64,000 bases of DNA from Myxococcota bacterium (GTDB lineage Bacteria > Myxococcota_A > Polyangia > Polyangiales > Houyiibacteriaceae). Position numbers and translations under genes: made by a program. Each line of letters starts with the position of its first letter. The stretch's first letter is position 1. Shown piece after piece: positions 59,838 through 64,000 of the stretch. The stretch covers positions 70,704 to 134,703 of the forward strand of contig JBCCEA010000008.1 in the NCBI GenBank assembly GCA_039030515.1, read 5' to 3'. The notes beneath the pieces are model-generated. The model made no database searches. It was not told where the DNA came from and saw only the letters and a program-made list of their open reading frames with translations.

Positions 59838-60368
59838 ATGCATTGGAAACGAGCCATACTCTCGATTGGAACCTTTCTGCTTCTGGGCTGTGATGACGAG
59901 AGGCTCTCGGGCAGCTTGGACACCGTCTATCCGCTCGAGTACGAGTCGCTTCGGGCGAGACTCTACTCCTCTTCGCTTTCTCTCGAGTACGTGCGCAGCG
60001 ATGGCTCGGTACCGATACGCGTCACCGCAAACCGGGCTCTGCTGGAGGCGGGTGCACAAGAGATCGACCTTGTCGCAGAGGGGGACCTGACCGGACGCAC
60101 TTCGGACGAGCGGGAGATACCTCGGCTGAGCGAGGGGCGGCTGACGATGCGCTCGTTCGGTATCGAGGAGGACGCGAACATCAAAGCGAGCTGGAGCGCT
60201 CAATTTCAGGTCAGCGAGACCGACCGACTCGCGGTGCAGGGCAGCTTCTCAGCGCCCCTCGAGGTCGTACCCGATCCAGGCCCCCCGCCCCCGGTGTTCG
60301 GAGAATCAAGCTCCGGCGAGTCGACTCCCGAAAAACCGGCTCCCGGAGACTCGACCGCAAGCGAGTAG
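59838..60368 (+). CDS. Small beta-rich lipoprotein, last gene of the adhesin operon
   Basis: MHWKRAILSIGTFLLLGC lipobox; Pro/Ser tail. Confidence 0.7.
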   Translation: MHWKRAILSIGTFLLLGCDDERLSGSLDTVYPLEYESLRARLYSSSLSLEYVRSDGSVPIRVTANRALLEAGAQEIDLVAEGDLTGRTSDEREIPRLSEGRLTMRSFGIEEDANIKASWSAQFQVSETDRLAVQGSFSAPLEVVPDPGPPPPVFGESSSGESTPEKPAPGDSTASE

Positions 60369-60418
60369 CCCAGAGAGCGTTAGCCAGTCGGCGTCCCCTT
60401 CCGCCCGTAAAATGCGGC

Positions 60419-61711
60419 TCAGCTTCGTCGCCAACGCCAATAGACACCACATCCGCAGTTCGAGGCTCGTTCCATTGCGGCTTCCTCCTCGGCTGTTCGC
60501 TGGGAACGGGTATGGCTCGGACTTGCAGGATCTTGCGACATGGGTGGCTTCTCGTGCCCGGGACTTCCAGGAGAGGGTAACGACTGGAAATCACGAGTGG
60601 AGTCACCGGGATTAGGTGAGCGCGAATCACTAGGTGGAGGAACGGGTGCAGTTGATGCGCTTCCTCTACTTTCTGTACTCGAGCATCGCCGAACAGGTTG
60701 CTGGCCCACCAAAGAGGGAACTTGAGGAGAGCTCCCGCCCCACCAACACCAAGTGCGAGCCGTTCCATACATCCTCTGGGCTAGCGTCGCTGTGGCCTCA
60801 ACTGCGGTAACCACGAGACCACTCGCGGCCCTCAGCCCATGCAGTGCTGGCTGGCCGGGGTTTCGAAGGGCGCTGTCTATCGCCGTCACCGCGGCAATCA
60901 AAAGCGAATGGAGCATGGGTGGAAGAAGGCTTCCTGAACCGCTGGGGCCCGGCCGGAAACCATAGTTTGATTGGAATCCAGGTGGAAGTACTGCAGGGAA
61001 ACCGGATTGGGAACAAGGCGACGCGGGGGCTCCCGGAGATGAGAATCTCCGCGGAGAACTAGGATGAGTCGCCGCGAACGGTCTATTCAGAGGGGCAGCG
61101 GGAGATCGGGCTTGCGTAGCACCACCGGGCACCGGATCTGCGGCGCTAACATACCAAGGAGGAGGCTGCGGACGTTTTTTACAGCGCACGTCGTTGAGCC
61201 ACCGCTTAGTGAAGTCAAACACTGTCGTCTGTTTACCTATGACAGCTTTCTCGATAAGAACACAAATCCCCCGCATTAGGAATGGACCAGAAACATCGAA
61301 TATATACTCACAAACAAGGTCCGGGCCTCGTTGGATTGTTCTTATAGTCCCTTTTATTTCAATCCCCGATTTATCAGCGAGACTTTGTGAAATTGTCTGA
61401 TAGGCATTGTACGTCAGCTCTTCGGAGCTGATGATGGGGGCCCGTAGGGTGCGAGTCTCCCGCAGTTCGAATGCGTTGCCGATTTTAGGAATTCCGCGCA
61501 ACATCCGTCCAGTATTTGCGTAATATCTAATCTCATCTTCTCGTCGCACACAGCCTGGATTCTCAGTACATTGTGTATGTGTGGTCTTAGTAAATTGGGC
61601 TGTAGACGCTAGCACTTCGGATAGTGCTTTAACGAATTTTTCCGAACATATGAGGTCCCAGTACTCCTGTAGTGTCGTGTTTTTATAAGTGTAAGAAGCG
61701 GTTCTGGGCAC
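60419..61711 (-). CDS. Hypothetical protein: START/SRPBCC (DUF2505-like) N-terminal domain + Pro/Ser-rich tail
   Basis: ~175-aa helix-grip-like pattern (EYWDLI..EKF...GTIRT...GPF...IEKAV...TKRWL) followed by low-complexity sequence. Confidence 0.5.
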   Translation of the reverse strand: MPRTASYTYKNTTLQEYWDLICSEKFVKALSEVLASTAQFTKTTHTQCTENPGCVRREDEIRYYANTGRMLRGIPKIGNAFELRETRTLRAPIISSEELTYNAYQTISQSLADKSGIEIKGTIRTIQRGPDLVCEYIFDVSGPFLMRGICVLIEKAVIGKQTTVFDFTKRWLNDVRCKKRPQPPPWYVSAADPVPGGATQARSPAAPLNRPFAATHPSSPRRFSSPGAPASPCSQSGFPAVLPPGFQSNYGFRPGPSGSGSLLPPMLHSLLIAAVTAIDSALRNPGQPALHGLRAASGLVVTAVEATATLAQRMYGTARTWCWWGGSSPQVPSLVGQQPVRRCSSTESRGSASTAPVPPPSDSRSPNPGDSTRDFQSLPSPGSPGHEKPPMSQDPASPSHTRSQRTAEEEAAMERASNCGCGVYWRWRRS

Positions 61712-62150
61712 GCCGAGAACCTATGACACGCTAACAGCGAGCGCAAGATAGTTTGACGATGCATTGCCGAATGTGGGGAGAATCCTCATATGCTTGAATG
61801 TATTGCGGTTTTACCGAGCCTCTTACTGCATTGCGTTATGAAGCTCAATGCCGCATTGCGTTACAGCATCTAGCGAATCCGACTTGTCTTATTTCAACCA
61901 TCCCAATGCAGAAGTTAACGAAAAAAGCGGACTGTTCACGCAATGCGTCAGCCGATGCATCCATGACGAAGCTACGCTCACGCACGCTTGGCTGGCGTAG
62001 AGCACACCGGGTCCGCAGGAGCGATCCGATCGCCCAAGAGCGATCGACCCTCGCCCCGCCCCCAAAAGCACCCGCCGAACTGCAGAGCCAGCCTGCAAGC
62101 ACCATCGATCGTGGAGCTCTCCTAAGCCGAAAATGGAGACCCGATCAGTT

Positions 62151-62399
62151 ACCCCAACCTGACCAGGTACGGTTCCAGAACCTGACCAGGTACGGTAAAA
62201 CGACCACCCAGATCTGACTGGGTACGGTAAAACGGCAACCCAAACCTGCCACCCCGACCTGACCGGGTACGGTTCCAGAACCTGCCACCCCGACCTCTCC
62301 AGAGCCTGACCGGGTGCGGTAAAACTGAACCTTTCAGAACCTGACCGGGTACGGTAAAACTGCCACCCCAACTTGACCGGGTACGGCAAGCAGCGCTTC
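62151..62399. repeat. Intergenic cluster of seven ACCTGACC(A/G)GGTACGG-like units
   Basis: Copies start near 62157, 62180, 62212, 62257, 62304, 62339 and 62371, mixed with CCACCCC, GTAAAAC and TTCCAGA sub-repeats; ends AAGCAGCGCTTC. Confidence 0.9.
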
Positions 62400-62507
62400 C
62401 CTTTGCGATTGACTTCCAGAGGAAGAACATCTTTGAAGCTCTAGCGAATCACGAATCCCAAGAGACATGACCTCTCGGTGAAGTTTCGTGTCTAGGTAGC
62501 CGCTAAC

Positions 62508-63458
62508 TTGAACATTCTGCCTACACTGGCTCTGCGCCTCAAAGAGATCTCAATCGTTCCGGTACGAGTAACCGTCCCGGTACGAGCACTCGATGTGATG
62601 CACAAAGCAGCAGAACAAGGAACGGAGGTGGCCCTTGTCGATGGCTTAGGTCGGCTACACAGAGGGCAGTATAGTCGTCAAAGCACGTCCAACGGTTGGG
62701 AGCTAGATATCTCCACTGAACCTGCCGGGTTTCGAGGCGCAAAGAGCGCCGCGGTCATGCTTCTTAACACTGACTCTCGGTACCCGAGCACTTCTTCCGG
62801 AACCATGAAACTGGTAGCGTCTGACCGCCAGTACGGGTGTAGCGACGATCGTCAATGGTTCGCACCCGCAAACGGTATTTCTTGCGTCGCAACCGACCAA
62901 CGTCACTTAGCCCTTGTCCTGCGTGATCGGGTTGTGATTCGAAATGCGGTCCACCTCGATGATGTGAGAGACGACGAGTGGTATCTCAATCTTCCCTCGA
63001 ATGCTGAGGTTACGTCCGCCCTATTCTGCTTGGGTAAACTGGTTCTGGGAATGAGCGACGGGCGAATCGTCATCAAGAATAAAAGGAGCTACTGCTTCCC
63101 GTCGACGTTCTGTTTCCCAGAACGAACGTTCAATCACTCGGCACCAGTGCATTGTCTCGGTCCAGGAGCGGACCACTCAGGCAAGGGGTTTGTAGTGGGA
63201 GACAGTAGGGGCTTCGTTTCCTTTTACTCTATAAGTTCCGGCGGTTGCCTGAGGAGCGTTTCAGCCCGAAAACTTTGGGAGTTCAATGTGCTTCCACTCT
63301 ATTCAAAGGCGCGTGATCACAAGATTTCTGCGGCCGCCTATCACCAAATGCGACTCATTGTGGGTTTTGAGAGTGGGGAAGTGCTTTATTACGATATTAG
63401 CAAGTATCCGCATCTCTTTAGCGGCTACGGACACAACCCGAACGGATACGGAGTATAA
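62508..63458 (+). CDS. Hypothetical protein with WD40-like beta-propeller blades
   Basis: VTSALF..KLVLGMSDGRIVI; HSAPVHCL..FVVGDSRGFVSFY; ISAAAY..LIVGFESGEVLYYDI; start uncertain. Confidence 0.55.
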   Translation: MNILPTLALRLKEISIVPVRVTVPVRALDVMHKAAEQGTEVALVDGLGRLHRGQYSRQSTSNGWELDISTEPAGFRGAKSAAVMLLNTDSRYPSTSSGTMKLVASDRQYGCSDDRQWFAPANGISCVATDQRHLALVLRDRVVIRNAVHLDDVRDDEWYLNLPSNAEVTSALFCLGKLVLGMSDGRIVIKNKRSYCFPSTFCFPERTFNHSAPVHCLGPGADHSGKGFVVGDSRGFVSFYSISSGGCLRSVSARKLWEFNVLPLYSKARDHKISAAAYHQMRLIVGFESGEVLYYDISKYPHLFSGYGHNPNGYGV

Positions 63459-63526
63459 CCGAAAACGTTCTTTCGATGAGGTTTCGGTGACAGTCCCGCC
63501 CAACCCGATCGGATTCGGAGTATAAC
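63434..63526 (+). repeat. 26-bp imperfect direct repeat of the WD40-like gene 3' end
   Basis: CAACCCGAACGGATACGGAGTATAAC (63434-63459) vs CAACCCGATCGGATTCGGAGTATAAC (63501-63526), 24/26 identical. Confidence 0.8.
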
Positions 63527-64000
63527 GCGCAATGCTGAAGAACAACGCCTCCATCGCGAGTGTTCACGCCTCTGGTTGATCAGAGGCTCCGGACCTTGGG
63601 GAGATAAGGCTGTAGCCCTAGTCAACTTGAGCTTCCGAAAACCTTCTGGTGTGGAAAACCGGAAACTCTAATTTCGTGCGTCAAACCGTCTGTGGCTCTC
63701 AGCTCTTGCCTGCAGTCTAGGGGTGTCTTCGATTAATTCTCCTCAGGAAGAAAAAGTACATATCGATATGCAAGATGCAATAGTTCTTACTTGTCTTCTC
63801 GTATCGCGTTGCGACTCTTCGATATCTTTTCAGGTCATGAAAAAAGCACTCAACCTTATCAGGGCGAGCGCATCTAAATCTGGGGAAAACCGTTAGCTAG
63901 GACTTCAATGAAATAGGATTGGCTCCAAGCCGCCTTTCGCTTCTTCATCGCTACACTCATTTTGACAGGGTCGCATTTCAAGAATACTGACCGCATATCG

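Noticed and set aside
62151..62399. CRISPR array interpretation of the repeat clusters (also 26501-26780)
   Set aside because: Units are ~16 bp with irregular 23-47 bp periods, the intervening sequences are themselves repetitive, and no cas genes are present.
61798..62430. ORFs overlapping repeat cluster B (and those over cluster A at 26291-26734)
   Set aside because: Open frames on both strands reflect the DNA repeats; no protein-like features.
63434..63526. Diversity-generating retroelement VR/TR pair or mini-CRISPR
   Set aside because: Only 26 bp and two copies; the adenines are in the gene copy rather than the putative template; no reverse transcriptase or cas gene seen.

Overview
GC-rich bacterial DNA, almost certainly Myxococcota (probably Polyangiales/Sandaracinaceae-like). 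This is inferred from a MYXO-CTERM-like sorting signal, AgmX/PglI-type TonB-C proteins, an MglA-family GTPase and Agl/Glt-like genes. 1-30.4 kb is mostly housekeeping: leuC(partial)-leuD-cimA-leuB, metH, two acyl-CoA dehydrogenases, DUF72, rluD, tsaC, purD, purH. It also holds an uncharacterised membrane P-loop ATPase coupled to MscS genes, a minimal Ser/Thr kinase and a DUF4388 + extended MglA-like pair. The most notable region is 30.8-60.4 kb, an apparently self-contained paralogue of the myxobacterial Agl-Glt gliding machinery. It has its own ExbB/ExbD/ExbD stator and GltF-, GltG-, GltA/B-, GltC- and GltD-like proteins. It is linked to putative surface adhesins: three VWA + Ca-binding-repeat lipoproteins, a thrombospondin type-3 repeat MYXO-CTERM protein and several other lipoproteins, resembling the Myxococcus mts locus. 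An opposite-strand ECF sigma/FecR/OMP/beta-helix cassette splits the motor operon. Two intergenic repeat clusters 35 kb apart share an ACC(A/G)GGTACGG core and the same terminal 12-mer. The last ~3.5 kb is more AT-rich and encodes START-like and WD40-like orphans. No tRNA, rRNA, CRISPR array or transposase could be supported. All assignments are by eye from motifs; no searches were run.
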